Source: Nitrospirota bacterium (GTDB lineage Bacteria > Nitrospirota > UBA9217). Taken from it: a DNA stretch of 64,000 nt. Shown here one piece after another: positions 19,642 through 32,087 of this stretch. Within the stretch, counting starts at the first letter, position 1. The number at the start of each line of letters is the position of its first letter. A program made the translations under genes and the position numbers. The stretch is from the NCBI GenBank assembly GCA_963796285.1, contig CAWCKW010000006.1, forward strand, positions 128,001 through 192,000. Direction: 5' to 3'. The notes below the pieces were generated by a model. That model was not told where the DNA came from, did no database searches, and worked only from the letters and a program-made list of their open reading frames with translations.

Positions 19642-20847
19642 ATGAGAACTCTGGATACAAAGAATTTTTCCGTGCCAGGATATAAGGCCTGGGGGATCCA
19701 TTGCGGGGTCAAGAAGACGGATAAAAAAGATCTCGCGATCATCTATTCCGAACGCGAGGCAGCGGTTGCAGGGGTCTTCACGAAGAACCGGGTGAAAGCT
19801 GCATCAATTGTGCTGGACATGGCGAGGGTGAAGTCGGGGAAAGGGCAGGCCATCATTGCGAACAGCGGATGCGCCAATGCCTGCACCGGCAAGCGCGGTC
19901 TCGCTGATGCGCGTGCCACGGCAGAGATTGCGGCCCGGGAGCTCGGTATCATTCCCGAGGCGGTATATGTGGCATCTACCGGTGTGATCGGCGAATTTCT
20001 GCCCATTCCGAAGATGGAAACGGGCATCAGCACCGCGGTCGGTCTTCTGTCAGCCTCGGGCTGGGAGCAGGCAGCCGAAGCCATTATGACCACGGACCTC
20101 TTTCCCAAGCTTTCGATAGTGCAGGAAGAGATCGGCGGCAAGACAATCACGATCGCGGGCATCGCCAAGGGATCGGGTATGATCCACCCGAATATGGCGA
20201 CCATGCTCTGCTTTATTGTGACAGACGCGAATATTTCGGCGCCTATGCTCAAGAAGTCCCTGCTCGCGTCCGCGGAGATCTCTTTTAATAACATCACGGT
20301 GGACGGCGATACGAGCACGAATGACCTGATCCTCTGCATGGCGAACGGCGCGGCGGGCAACAAGCGGCCGGGTGTGGGCAGCAGGGACAGCAGGAAGTTT
20401 CAGGCATGCCTCGACATAGTGGCGCGCTCTCTTGCAAAGCAGGTGGTGAAGGACGGCGAAGGTGCGACGAAGTTCGTGGAGATCGAGGTCAGGAACGCCA
20501 GGAGCCCCATTGAAGCAAAACGCTCCGCCATGGCCGTGGCGAAGTCGAGCCTTGTCAAGACCGCTTTATTCGGTGAAGATGCGAACTGGGGCAGGATCAT
20601 GGCGGCACTGGGATATTCCGGCGTTGAGATGGACGAGGCCAGGACGGATATTTATATTGGCAAAAGCAAGCTCGTCGAAAAAGGTTTGGGGCAGGGCAAG
20701 CTTGCTGAACGCGAGGCAGCGCTTGCACTGAAGCAGCGGGAAGTCCGAATCATCATTGATTTGCACAAAGGCAAAGCAGTCGCAATGGTCTGGACATGCG
20801 ACCTGTCGTACGACTATGTGAAAATAAACGCAGCTTATCGGAGTTGA
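19642..20847 (+). CDS. argJ: Bifunctional ornithine acetyltransferase
   Basis: KGSGMIHPNMATML, DGDTSTND, DGEGATK, YVKINAAYRS. Confidence 0.97.
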   Translation: MRTLDTKNFSVPGYKAWGIHCGVKKTDKKDLAIIYSEREAAVAGVFTKNRVKAASIVLDMARVKSGKGQAIIANSGCANACTGKRGLADARATAEIAARELGIIPEAVYVASTGVIGEFLPIPKMETGISTAVGLLSASGWEQAAEAIMTTDLFPKLSIVQEEIGGKTITIAGIAKGSGMIHPNMATMLCFIVTDANISAPMLKKSLLASAEISFNNITVDGDTSTNDLILCMANGAAGNKRPGVGSRDSRKFQACLDIVARSLAKQVVKDGEGATKFVEIEVRNARSPIEAKRSAMAVAKSSLVKTALFGEDANWGRIMAALGYSGVEMDEARTDIYIGKSKLVEKGLGQGKLAEREAALALKQREVRIIIDLHKGKAVAMVWTCDLSYDYVKINAAYRS

Positions 20848-20916
20848 CGGACGGGGGTCGGTATATTTGCGCGGGCAGGTAGTTGAAATGTACTGAAAAT
20901 TTAGTAAAAATATGTC

Positions 20917-20945
20917 TTGACATTCATTAATGGAGTGGTTAATTT
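20917..20945 (+). promoter_or_regulatory. rpsU operon promoter
   Basis: TTGACA-17 bp-TAATTT. Confidence 0.6.
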
Positions 20946-21083
20946 TAGTGATTATGCCGCTTTTCTGATAACAGAAGAGCGGTTTAACTGTTTCATGCTT
21001 TATACAGCTCGGCGCTTTTCAGTGAATACCATTAAAAACTATAAATAATAATAAGATATAAGCAGGAGGGGGGTGTAGAGAGG

Positions 21084-21284
21084 GTGCCTAGTATCAAGTT
21101 GCGAGAGAATGAACCTTTTGAGGTTGCGCTCCGGAGGTTCAAGAAAAGCATTGAAAAGGAAGGTGTACTTTCAGAGGTCAAGAAGCGGGAGCATTACGAA
21201 AAACCGAGCGTAAAGAAAAAGAAAAAAGCTATTGCCGCGCGTAAAAAAGCGGCGAAGACGGCAAAAATTTTCCGGCATGGTTAA
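21084..21284 (+). CDS. rpsU: 30S ribosomal protein S21 (copy 1)
   Basis: [17 protein letters not shown]. Confidence 0.95.
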   Translation: MPSIKLRENEPFEVALRRFKKSIEKEGVLSEVKKREHYEKPSVKKKKKAIAARKKAAKTAKIFRHG

Positions 21285-21380
21285 AGCGGACGAGCGCGGC
21301 TCTCGGGAAGCGGCAGCGACAACAATAAAAAGCCAGAGTGAAAAGGGCGCAGGAATGACAGATTACTAAAGAGGGGCAAA

Positions 21381-21824
21381 ATGGGATTACGAGAGACGAT
21401 TGACGCTGATACTAAGGATGCCCTCAAGTCCGGCGCTAAAGATAAGGTTTCCACCCTCAGGATGCTGAGTGCAGCCCTCAAGAATAAGCAGATCGACTTG
21501 CGGCGGCCGCTCACTGAAGATGAGGTGGTTGAGTCCGTACGCTCTCTCATTAAGCAACGGAGAGATTCGATCGAGCAGTTCGGCAAGGGTGGCCGGCAGG
21601 ATCTTGTTGATAAAGAGACTGCCGAGGTTGCGGTACTTGAAGTATATCTGCCCCAGCAACTATCTCGCGAAGAAATAGAGCTCATCGTCCGGGAGGCGGT
21701 CATCCAGGCCGGCGCGCAGGGAGCCAAGGACATGGGTAAGGTCATGAAGGTGATCATTCCACGGGTGGGCGGGCGAGCTGATGGAAAGCTGGTGAGCGAA
21801 CTTGTCAAACATGCGTTGGGTTAA
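21381..21824 (+). CDS. yqeY: GatB/YqeY domain protein
   Basis: KQRRDSIEQF..GGR.DL, YLPQQLS, KDMGKVM, GRADGK. Confidence 0.93.
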   Translation: MGLRETIDADTKDALKSGAKDKVSTLRMLSAALKNKQIDLRRPLTEDEVVESVRSLIKQRRDSIEQFGKGGRQDLVDKETAEVAVLEVYLPQQLSREEIELIVREAVIQAGAQGAKDMGKVMKVIIPRVGGRADGKLVSELVKHALG

Positions 21825-22088
21825 AGAAATGGTTTCAGACGCAGTGGTACGCGATGTATCACTCCAGGGCTGAACAGGGGGCCATGTAGACCGGGGCCCT
21901 CTATTTTTTTTCATAACGTACAGATTCACCTCTTATCAATTCTTAAACAACATCATCTTGAGCTGCACAACGGGATTGACTAACGCGAATACGAGAACCC
22001 CGGGAACTTCCGTTCGTGCTTTTTATGTTATTCGTGCAATTCGGTCGCCTCATGTGGTGCTCCTTCTTTCTCGTCAGGAGTCTGTGTA

Positions 22089-23042
22089 TTGAAACTTCAG
22101 GAGTTCTTTAGACTGGCAATCCAATCCGGCATCGATGCCGATCCGCGCGGCAGAGCCGCCGTGGAACAGGAACTGCTCGAAACGCGCAAGGCTTACGAAG
22201 AGCTCAAGCCTGAGGACAGGGCAACGTTCGATCAGGAAAAGCTTGAGAACCCCTATACCGACAGCAGGATACTGTACGGCAGTCCGGGTCGGCAGGTGAA
22301 GAACATCCTCGCCGGGATCGATATCGAAACTCCGGAGCTTCTGCTTGCCGATCGCTTGATCCAGAAGGGTATGGAAATAGATCTCGTTCTGGCCCACCAC
22401 CCCGAAGGCCGCGCCTACGCGAACTTCTATGAAGTGATGAAGATGCAGGCCGATATTCTCAACCGATTCGGTGTGCCGATCAATGTGGCGGAAGGCCAGC
22501 TGAGCGGCCGGATAAAGGAAGTTGAGCGCAGCCTCATGCCAATGAACCATACGAGGCCGGTGGAAGCCGCGCGTCTCCTCAACCTCCCCTACTTGTGTCT
22601 GCATACACCAGCCGACAACATGGTCGTGAGCTATCTTCAGTCCTTGTTTGACAAGGAGTTGCCTGTCCGTCTGAAGGATGTGGTCAAGCTCCTCAAGCAA
22701 ATTCCGGAATATCAGGAGGCGGCCAGGAACAACGCGGGACCCAGGATACTGATCGGCTCCGATGACCAGCGGACCGGCAAGGTGTTTGTGGACATGACCG
22801 GCGGGACCTCAGGTTCCAAGGACACGCTCGAGAAACTTTCCCAGTCAGGTGTCGGGACGATCGTGGGCATGCATATGTCCGAAGACCACCGGAAAGAGGC
22901 GGAGAAACACCACATCCATGTCGTGATCGCCGGACACATATCGAGCGATACGCTCGGGCTCAACCTCCTTTTCGATGCCATGGAAAAACGCGGACCACTG
23001 AACGTCGTGGACTGTTCAGGCTTCAAACGGATCAGAAGGTAG
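22089..23042 (+). CDS. NIF3-like dinuclear metal protein
   Basis: AGIDI, AHHPEG, HTPADN, AGHISSD. Confidence 0.85.
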   Translation: MKLQEFFRLAIQSGIDADPRGRAAVEQELLETRKAYEELKPEDRATFDQEKLENPYTDSRILYGSPGRQVKNILAGIDIETPELLLADRLIQKGMEIDLVLAHHPEGRAYANFYEVMKMQADILNRFGVPINVAEGQLSGRIKEVERSLMPMNHTRPVEAARLLNLPYLCLHTPADNMVVSYLQSLFDKELPVRLKDVVKLLKQIPEYQEAARNNAGPRILIGSDDQRTGKVFVDMTGGTSGSKDTLEKLSQSGVGTIVGMHMSEDHRKEAEKHHIHVVIAGHISSDTLGLNLLFDAMEKRGPLNVVDCSGFKRIRR

Positions 23043-23058
23043 AGCCGATGTTCCCGGT

Positions 23059-25443
23059 ATGAATGACCATTCCCTGAGAGTGCTGGAATATGACAAAGTA
23101 GCCAGTGTCGTATCCGGATTCGCGGCATCGGAGGCAGGGAGGGACGCTGTTCTCGCCCTTCTTCCCTCACCTGATGCCGGGATTGTCGAGACCCGGCTTC
23201 AGGAGACGAGGGAGTTCATGCATCTTCTCCGGAGCAACGAAGTCCCTCCGCTTGACGGTATCCTGAATGTACGAGGGGCGGTCCACAAACTCGGCCCAAC
23301 AGGCAGCATGCTTTCCCCTGTCGAACTCTTGAACCTGGCGACGACCCTTGGTACCGGCAGACGGGCCAAGCAGTTTTTCCAGCGCTTTGAAGGAAAGGGG
23401 GCCGAGGGAAGGCTTCGGACCCCGCTCCTGTGTGCCCGGGCAGGAAAGATACGGCCGCTACAGCATCTTGAGGAAGCGGTCTTTTCCGCGATCGATGATA
23501 AGGCCGAGGTCAAGGATTCGGCCAGCCCGACGCTCCGGAAGGTGCGCAAGCAGATCGTTCGGACTCGCGAGGATATCCTGGGCCGCATGTCCGGCATCCT
23601 GCAGGACAGCGGATTTCAAAAGGTGATCCAGGAGCCGGTGATCACGGTCCGTGATGACCGGTATGTGCTGCCGCTCAAGCCCAATTTCAGGCAGAGCATG
23701 AAAGGCGTTGTGCACGGGCAATCCGGGTCCCGGTCCACGCTCTTTGTCGAGCCCCTCGAGATCCTGGAACAGAACAATCGTCTTGCCGAGCTCCGCATGG
23801 AAGAGCGTGAAGAGGTTGAGCGCATCCTGCGGGAGTTGACCTCTCTCATGACGCAGGAGGCGGAAGCGATCGAGGACACGATCGAGGCCCTAGCCGGGAT
23901 CGACGCGGTGCACGCCAGGGCCCGGTTCGGGATCGAGTATGAGGGGACCGTACCTGCACTCTCTGCAGATCGGACCATCCGGCTCCGGGCATCGCGCCAC
24001 CCGCTCTTGGCGGTCAAGTTCAAGAACGCTGTCGGCAACAAGGTCGTTACGACGAATGACATCGAGCTCAGCTCGACCGAACGGGCGCTGATCCTGAGCG
24101 GTCCGAACGCCGGCGGCAAAACAGTGATCCTGAAGACCGTTGGACTCCTCTCCCTCATGGCGCAGTCCGGCATACCGGTGACAGCGGATGAAGGAAGCGA
24201 GCTTCCGTGCTTCAGTTCGTTATTCGCCGATATCGGCGACGAGCAGAGCCTGGAACAGGACCTGAGCACCTTTTCGTCCCATGTACGCCAGATCGCGGAG
24301 ATCCTTCATCAGGCGGATCGGGATTCCCTCGTGCTGCTGGACGAACTCGGGTCCGGCACGGACCCGAACGAGGGTGCGGGACTCGGCGCGGCAGTGCTCG
24401 AGAGCCTGATTGAGCGCGGCTGCATCGCTCTTGTGACCACGCATCACAACGCGCTGAAGCTTTTTGGTTCGCAGACGAGCGGTGCCGTGAACGCGGCCAT
24501 GGAGTTCGATCCCCAGACGCTCAAGCCCACGTACCAGCTCATACCAGGCAGGCCTGGCAGGAGCTATGGCTTGGATATGGCAACGAGGCTTGGTGTGCCA
24601 GATGAGGTGATCGGTCGCGCACGGGCACGGATCAGCCAGGATGATGCCAGGCTTGAGACGCTGCTCAAACAGGTGGAGGATGATTCCCGTCTGCTCGCGT
24701 CCGAAAGGGAATTTCTCGAAAAAGAGTGTGCAGCAGCAAAACAGGAACGGGTCGAGGCAGCATCCCTGCTCCGGGCAGCGAAGGAAGAGGCCCGTGCGGT
24801 AAAAACAAGGACAAAAGAGGAGGCGCGGGAGGTCCTGTCCGCCCTGCGTCAGAAGCTCCGAGAACTTTCACGTACTGCGGAGCTGGAACAGGCAGATATC
24901 AGGAAAACGGTCTCGGAGGTCGAGGCCCTAGCGAAGGCATTGCAGCCCGGTGAATTGGAACCGCAGGTTGCTTCTGTGCCGCTGACCGACCTGCACCGGG
25001 GTGACCGGATAAAGCTGGTGAGGGTGAACAAAACCGGCATTGTGCTCGGTTCGCACCGGGGCATGCTCGAGATCGAGGTTGACGGCAAGAAGATCAAGCT
25101 CTCCTCGCGCGAGGTTGTGCTGCTCGATCCTGTTCCGCATGGGCAAAAAGCGCACAGTGTACCTGGCTGGGGTACCGAACTCCACGAAGAAGAAGGACCA
25201 TTGGACCGGCTCAACCTCCTCGGTTTTCGCGTGAATGAGGCATTGACAGAAGTGGAACGGTTCATCGACCGCGTCGGGATGAGCGGCCTGACCGTTGTGA
25301 CCATTATCCACGGCTTGGGGACCGGCGCCCTCAAGACAGCAGTAACAGAATATCTCACGAACCATCCGCTTATCGCAGTCATCCGGCCGGGAGAACCGGC
25401 CGAAGGCGGCGCAGGCGTTACCGTGGCGGAGTTGAAAAAATAA
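23059..25443 (+). CDS. mutS2: Endonuclease MutS2
   Basis: GPNAGGKT, DIGDEQS, DELGSGTDP, TTH, C-terminal Smr IHGLGTGAL. Confidence 0.96.
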   Translation: MNDHSLRVLEYDKVASVVSGFAASEAGRDAVLALLPSPDAGIVETRLQETREFMHLLRSNEVPPLDGILNVRGAVHKLGPTGSMLSPVELLNLATTLGTGRRAKQFFQRFEGKGAEGRLRTPLLCARAGKIRPLQHLEEAVFSAIDDKAEVKDSASPTLRKVRKQIVRTREDILGRMSGILQDSGFQKVIQEPVITVRDDRYVLPLKPNFRQSMKGVVHGQSGSRSTLFVEPLEILEQNNRLAELRMEEREEVERILRELTSLMTQEAEAIEDTIEALAGIDAVHARARFGIEYEGTVPALSADRTIRLRASRHPLLAVKFKNAVGNKVVTTNDIELSSTERALILSGPNAGGKTVILKTVGLLSLMAQSGIPVTADEGSELPCFSSLFADIGDEQSLEQDLSTFSSHVRQIAEILHQADRDSLVLLDELGSGTDPNEGAGLGAAVLESLIERGCIALVTTHHNALKLFGSQTSGAVNAAMEFDPQTLKPTYQLIPGRPGRSYGLDMATRLGVPDEVIGRARARISQDDARLETLLKQVEDDSRLLASEREFLEKECAAAKQERVEAASLLRAAKEEARAVKTRTKEEAREVLSALRQKLRELSRTAELEQADIRKTVSEVEALAKALQPGELEPQVASVPLTDLHRGDRIKLVRVNKTGIVLGSHRGMLEIEVDGKKIKLSSREVVLLDPVPHGQKAHSVPGWGTELHEEEGPLDRLNLLGFRVNEALTEVERFIDRVGMSGLTVVTIIHGLGTGALKTAVTEYLTNHPLIAVIRPGEPAEGGAGVTVAELKK

Positions 25444-25444
25444 C

Positions 25445-27229
25445 GTGTTCTCCGAAGATATCATAAGCCGGGTCAGGGACAGCATCGACATCGTTGATCT
25501 AATATCCGGATATGTGTCCCTCAAGAAAACGGGCAAGAACCACCTCGGCCTCTGCCCCTTTCATTCTGAGAAGACGCCGTCGTTCAACGTGAACCCGGAA
25601 AAACAGATCTTCCATTGTTTCGGGTGTGGTGTGGGCGGGGACGTGTTCAAGTTTCTCGAGTTGCAGGAGGGGCTGAACTTTCCCGAAGCAGTGAAGCAGT
25701 TGGCGGCCAGGGGGGGGATACCGCTTCCCGCTGACAGTGTGTCGCGCAAAGAGGACAAGAGGACGGAAGATGAGCGCAAAGCCCTCCTCACGATCATCGC
25801 TGATGCAGCGGGCTACTTCCGGCAAGAGCTCGAAGGACCCGCTGGCAGTGCGGCCCGGGCCTATTTGAATAAAAGAGGCGTGACCGACCAGGTTGTACAG
25901 GATTTTGCGCTCGGTTTTGCCAGGCCCGAGTGGGACGGATTGCTCAGGCATCTCAAGCAGAAGGGATACGCTTTCAGCCAGATGGAGAAGGCCGGGCTCA
26001 TCGTTAAGCGCAGCGAGGCCGAGGGTTACTACGACCGGTTCCGGGGCAGGATCATCTTCCCGATCCGCGATATCTCCGGGAACGTGATCGCCTTCGGCGG
26101 CCGGGTGATGGATGACTCACTTCCCAAGTATCTGAACTCTCCGGAGACGCCGCTGTACAGCAAGAGCAACGTTCTCTATTGCCTGGACAAGGCAAAAGAG
26201 CCGGCTCGGAAGCAGAAATATTTTATCATCGTCGAGGGATATCTCGATGCGATCGCGTGCCATCAATACGGGGCGCAGAACACGGTGGCCACGCTCGGCA
26301 CGGCGCTCACCGAGGGGCATCTTCGGCTTATGCGGCGTTTCGCTCAGAACCTCGTGCTTATCTTCGACCCTGATCCGGCGGGGGTGAAGGCAGCCATGCG
26401 GGGCCTCGACCTGTTCGTGTCGAGCGGATTGAAAGTGAATGTCGTCTCGCTTCCCGACAACGACGACCCTGACACGTTCCTGAAGAAGAACGGCTACGAG
26501 GCGTTCGCCGCCTGTCTCAGGAAGTCCGAGAAGTTCATGGACTTTGTGCTCGGCCAGGTGGTGAAGGGAGGTCAGGCGACCTCGATCGACGAGAAGGTGG
26601 AAAAGGCTGGCGAGATGCTCGGATACATCGCCAGGCTTCCGAGCGGCATCGAGCGCGATTACTATCTAAAACGGACTGCGGAGGCGCTGGACCTGGACGA
26701 GGGTGTACTGAGGCAGGAGATGCCAAGGCCGCCAAAGGGCCCTTCCCATCACCCGGCGGAAAATAAAGTCCCTGCAACACACCGGGGGCACAAGCCCAAG
26801 GCCGAAGAGACGCTGATCCATTTGATGCTCAAGGATGCGGCAATCGCTCTCGGCTTGAGGGACCAGGTGAAGCCCGAGGATTTTACCGACCCCCTGTTCC
26901 AGCGCGCGGCGAAGCTCATTTTTGATTCACTCGATGATCAGGGCAGGCTTGATGCCGGTGCATTGCTCCGGGATGGAGACGAGGAGATAAAAAATCTGAT
27001 TTCCCATTATTCCGTGCTCGAAATGGTGTATGATGATCAGGCAAAATCATGCAGCGATTGCATTGATTTGATAAAACAGAAGGACCCGGAAAAAAAGATG
27101 AAGTTGTTGCCGAAGGCGATCGAGGAAGCAGCGGCCAATGAAGACTGGGCGGAACATCGCCGGTTGCTTGAGGAGCAGAACCTGTTAAGCCGAAGAACAG
27201 GCAGAAAGATCCCCGGATTGGGCAGTTAA
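25445..27229 (+). CDS. dnaG: DNA primase
   Basis: CPFH...CFGC, DRFRGRIIFPI, KYLNSPET, VEGYLD, DPD. Confidence 0.97.
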   Translation: MFSEDIISRVRDSIDIVDLISGYVSLKKTGKNHLGLCPFHSEKTPSFNVNPEKQIFHCFGCGVGGDVFKFLELQEGLNFPEAVKQLAARGGIPLPADSVSRKEDKRTEDERKALLTIIADAAGYFRQELEGPAGSAARAYLNKRGVTDQVVQDFALGFARPEWDGLLRHLKQKGYAFSQMEKAGLIVKRSEAEGYYDRFRGRIIFPIRDISGNVIAFGGRVMDDSLPKYLNSPETPLYSKSNVLYCLDKAKEPARKQKYFIIVEGYLDAIACHQYGAQNTVATLGTALTEGHLRLMRRFAQNLVLIFDPDPAGVKAAMRGLDLFVSSGLKVNVVSLPDNDDPDTFLKKNGYEAFAACLRKSEKFMDFVLGQVVKGGQATSIDEKVEKAGEMLGYIARLPSGIERDYYLKRTAEALDLDEGVLRQEMPRPPKGPSHHPAENKVPATHRGHKPKAEETLIHLMLKDAAIALGLRDQVKPEDFTDPLFQRAAKLIFDSLDDQGRLDAGALLRDGDEEIKNLISHYSVLEMVYDDQAKSCSDCIDLIKQKDPEKKMKLLPKAIEEAAANEDWAEHRRLLEEQNLLSRRTGRKIPGLGS

Positions 27230-27305
27230 TCAATAGCGCGTTGCGCACGGCATTGAATTCATGAGCGCGGACTGGTGAACATTTAACACAAAGGAGCATC
27301 ACAGT

Positions 27306-29108
<1,803 letters not shown>

Positions 29109-29273
29109 ACAAACCCGGACGCGCCATCCTTGACATTTGTCACGGGTTGTGTCAATATACGCATTCGTCGCGCGGAAGATATCCAATATCAAACAGTAGA
29201 TCTCGAACAAATTGTAATTACCAATGAGTATCGTTGGTGTTTGGGGTTTGAATTTTAAATTTGCAGTAGAGCA

Positions 29274-29349
29274 GGGCCCATAGCTCAGCTGGTAGAGCTA
29301 CCGGCTCATAACCGGTTGGTCCCAGGTTCGAGCCCTGGTGGGCCCACCA
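29274..29349 (+). tRNA. tRNA with CAT anticodon, most likely tRNA-Ile2 (lysidine)
   Basis: GGGCCCA/TGGGCCC acceptor, ACCGG-CTCATAA-CCGGT arm, CCA end; lacks initiator features; position after rpoD. Confidence 0.9.
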
Positions 29350-29492
29350 ACCTATCCGTCTGTCCGAATTGAGAGGAATGCCTCAGATGACTGGTATTGT
29401 AAGGCTTCGTATCAAGACGCCGTTGACAACACGCAGAACGTACGGAAAAATCATTAATATGCGCCCATAGGCGCATTTTTTATTTTGGAGGA

Positions 29493-30221
29493 GTGATGGA
29501 CCAACAGCTTAACTTGCTTATTCAGCTTCAGGAAATTGACGGAAAACTTCGCGCTCTCGTCGAAGAGAAAAAAAGGCTGCCCGAGATCCTCGCGGAGTTC
29601 GAGCGAAGGCGTGCGGCAAACAAAGCGAACCTGGAACAGGTCAAGGAAACCCTTCAACTCGCGCAGAAAAACAAGCGGGACCGTGACCAGGACCTTGAGG
29701 TTGAGGTCCAGAAAGTCGGGAAGCTCAAGGCGCACACGTCAGAGATCAAGAACAATAAGGAATACCAGGCGCTGCTCAAGGAGATCGAGGCCGCGGAGCA
29801 GGCAAACAAGGCCATCGAAGACGACATCCTCAGTCTCATGGAGAAGATCGATGCCGCCTCCGCCGGCATCGTTGCAGCGGAAAAACATGCACAGCAAGAA
29901 GAAGAGGCGCTCCAGAACGAGCAGAATAAGATCGAAGCTGAATTTGCGAAAACGGAGACGGATTTGAAGGCCATTGAACAGGCGCGTCAGGACTTCGTCG
30001 TGCGCATCCAGCCGGTTGTGTATGCCAGGTATCAAAAATTGATCGGCACCAAGGCGGGCGTTGCCATTGCCGAGGCGCGCGGTGAATCCTGCTCCGGCTG
30101 CTACATGAGCATCCCGCCCCAGGTGTTCGTGAACGTCAAGAAGAACGAGAACATCATCACCTGTCCGAACTGCGGCCGCATCTTATATTTTAAAGAAACG
30201 ATCGTGCAAAAAGACACCTAA
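29493..30221 (+). CDS. Coiled-coil C4-type zinc ribbon protein (DUF164 family)
   Basis: LQEID, KEYQALLKEI, CSGC...CPNCGRIL. Confidence 0.92.
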   Translation: MMDQQLNLLIQLQEIDGKLRALVEEKKRLPEILAEFERRRAANKANLEQVKETLQLAQKNKRDRDQDLEVEVQKVGKLKAHTSEIKNNKEYQALLKEIEAAEQANKAIEDDILSLMEKIDAASAGIVAAEKHAQQEEEALQNEQNKIEAEFAKTETDLKAIEQARQDFVVRIQPVVYARYQKLIGTKAGVAIAEARGESCSGCYMSIPPQVFVNVKKNENIITCPNCGRILYFKETIVQKDT

Positions 30222-30331
30222 CCATGTTTACAATCCATAACATATGCCGATCAACCGCTCTTATCCGTTTTAAAAGATATTGTCCCGGCTGTTCTTAAGC
30301 TCTAGCTCGCCCGGTTTAATAAGGATCATTC

Positions 30332-30757
30332 GTGCATAAAACAGGTGTAGGAGAACTCACTGTCTTCAGCGACGGCGCATCGCGCAACAATCCCGGCGAG
30401 GCCGGGGCGGGCGTGTTCATCATGCGGAACGGCAAGCCTCTGGAAAGGATCGCGCGGTATCTGGGGATGACGACTAACAACATCGCCGAATATACCGCCG
30501 CGATCATCGGGCTTGGAGCGGGCCGTCCAGCTCGGCGCGTCGAGCGTCAAGCTGTTCGCGAACTCTGAGCTGCTCGTCAAGCAGATCAACGGCCTCTACA
30601 AAGTGAAGAATGAAGGACTGAAACCGCTCGCATGCCAGGGCCAAGGAACTGATTGCAAAGATCGGCAGCGTTGAGGTACAATACCGTCCCTAGGGCAATG
30701 AACAAGGAAGCGGACGCCCTGGCGAATAAGGCGATAGATGAGAAAATTGGAAATTGA
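30332..30757 (+). pseudogene. rnhA: Ribonuclease HI family gene, frameshifted
   Basis: DGASRNNPG, TNNIAEY, SELLVKQING.YKVK, NKEADALAN split over frames by ~3 single-base insertions; usual DSEL reads NSEL. Confidence 0.85.
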
Positions 30758-30839
30758 AGTCGGAAATTAAAAATGCAAATTGGTTTGAAGGAGAACTTTA
30801 AATTCGAAATTTCCAATCTTCAATCACCAATTTTCAATT
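30743..30839. repeat. Inverted heptamer tandem repeats before rnpB
   Basis: AAATTGG-AAATTGA ... AAATTCG-AAATTTC-CAATCTT-CAATCAC-CAATTTT. Confidence 0.6.
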
Positions 30840-30847
30840 GATCTTTG

Positions 30848-31228
30848 AATCAGAGCGGGTGAGGTGATCGCTCTCCGGCAACGGGGGGAGGAAAGTCCGA
30901 GCTCCGCAGGGCAAGGCGGTCCCGAAACGGGACAGGGGGCGACCCCATGGACAGTGCCACAGAAAAGAAGACCGCCCCGTACAGGGGTAAGGGTGAAACG
31001 GTGGGGTAAGAGCCCACCAGGCCCGGCAGCAATGCCGGGTGCTTGGAAAACCCCGCCTGGAGCAAGACCACATAGGGAAGCGTCTCCCGAGCAATCGGGA
31101 GTAAGGACGGCCCGTCCGAGACTTCCGGGTAGGTCGCTCGTGCCTTCGAGCAATCGAGGGCCCAGATAAATGACCACCACTCCCGGGCAACCGGGAGGAC
31201 AGAACTCGGCTTACGACCCGCTCTGATT
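30848..31228 (+). ncRNA. rnpB: RNase P RNA (type A)
   Basis: GAGGAAAGTCC, AGTGCCACAGAAA, GGGTGAAACGG, ACAGAACTCGGCTTA; P1 AATCAGAGCGGGT/ACCCGCTCTGATT. Confidence 0.97.
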
Positions 31229-31235
31229 TTTTTAC

Positions 31236-31269
31236 CAGCCCATGCTGATGATTCGGCATGGGCTTTTTT
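31236..31269 (+). terminator. rnpB terminator
   Basis: AGCCCATGCTGA...TCGGCATGGGCT + TTTTT. Confidence 0.8.
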
Positions 31270-31466
31270 GTTCGCCTGAACCTCTTTGAATATTCCTTCC
31301 GTATTATAGTTCGCCAGTTCCAAGAAATCCCGCCTTCGTATGCTCATCAAAGACACGCGTTGTTTAAACGAGTCGGTGACAAATTGTAAACGGCTGCACC
31401 GGAAGCCGCCGCCGTGTCGGCGCCTACGCACAAAATTGCCCGCTCACAACAGTGCACAAAAACAGC

Positions 31467-31495
31467 TTGACACGTGTAACCGTAAGGGTTACACT
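31467..31495 (+). promoter_or_regulatory. higBA promoter with palindromic operator
   Basis: TTGACA-17-TACACT overlapped by GTGTAACC-GTAAG-GGTTACAC. Confidence 0.8.
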
Positions 31496-31503
31496 ATGGA
31501 TAG

Positions 31504-31797
31504 ATGATCAAGACCTTCGCCCATAAGGGACTTGAAGACTTCTTTTTCGACGGCACGAAGAAGGGAATTCAGGCGGTTCACGCGCAGAAGCTTTCGGACA
31601 TTCTGGACAGACTGGATGCCTTGCACATCGTGGAGGACATGAGATACCTCGGCTCAGACCTGCATCAGTTGAAAGGCGCGCTGAAGGGCTTCTGGGCGGC
31701 AAAGGTTTCCGGAAACTGGCGCGTTGTTTTCACCTTCAAAGAAGGCAACGCCTACCAGGTGAACTATCTCGATTATCATAGAGAGGTGAGAACATGA
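31504..31797 (+). CDS. higB: HigB toxin (RelE/ParE superfamily)
   Basis: MIKTFAHKGL, LHQLKG, VSGNWRVVF, YLDYH. Confidence 0.92.
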   Translation: MIKTFAHKGLEDFFFDGTKKGIQAVHAQKLSDILDRLDALHIVEDMRYLGSDLHQLKGALKGFWAAKVSGNWRVVFTFKEGNAYQVNYLDYHREVRT

Positions 31798-32087
31798 GAA
31801 CTGGAAAAAGAACACCCACCCATCCGGGCGGCATTTTGAAAAGGCAGTACATGGAACCTTTGTCTCTGACGGTTTCCGAGCTCGCCGGGACCCTCGGCGT
31901 GTCCCGAAAGACCTTGTCGAAAATCGTGAACGAACGCGGCGATGTGACCCCTGACATGGCGCTGCGTCTCTCCAAGGCGTTTAACACGACCCCGGAACTG
32001 TGGCTCAATCTCCAGCGTAATTACGATCTCTGGGAAGCCGCGCACAAGTCGAACGACTGGAAGCTGGTCGAGGCGATAGCGGTATAA
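31794..32087 (+). CDS. higA: HigA antitoxin (HTH)
   Basis: PTHPGGIL, TPDMALRL, PELWLNLQ..YDL. Confidence 0.93.
   Translation: MRTGKRTPTHPGGILKRQYMEPLSLTVSELAGTLGVSRKTLSKIVNERGDVTPDMALRLSKAFNTTPELWLNLQRNYDLWEAAHKSNDWKLVEAIAV

Noticed and set aside
29274-29349. Initiator tRNA-fMet
   Set aside because: Paired G1-C72 and no three consecutive G-C pairs in the anticodon stem.
30824-31431. Several ORFs over rnpB
   Set aside because: Region is RNase P RNA.
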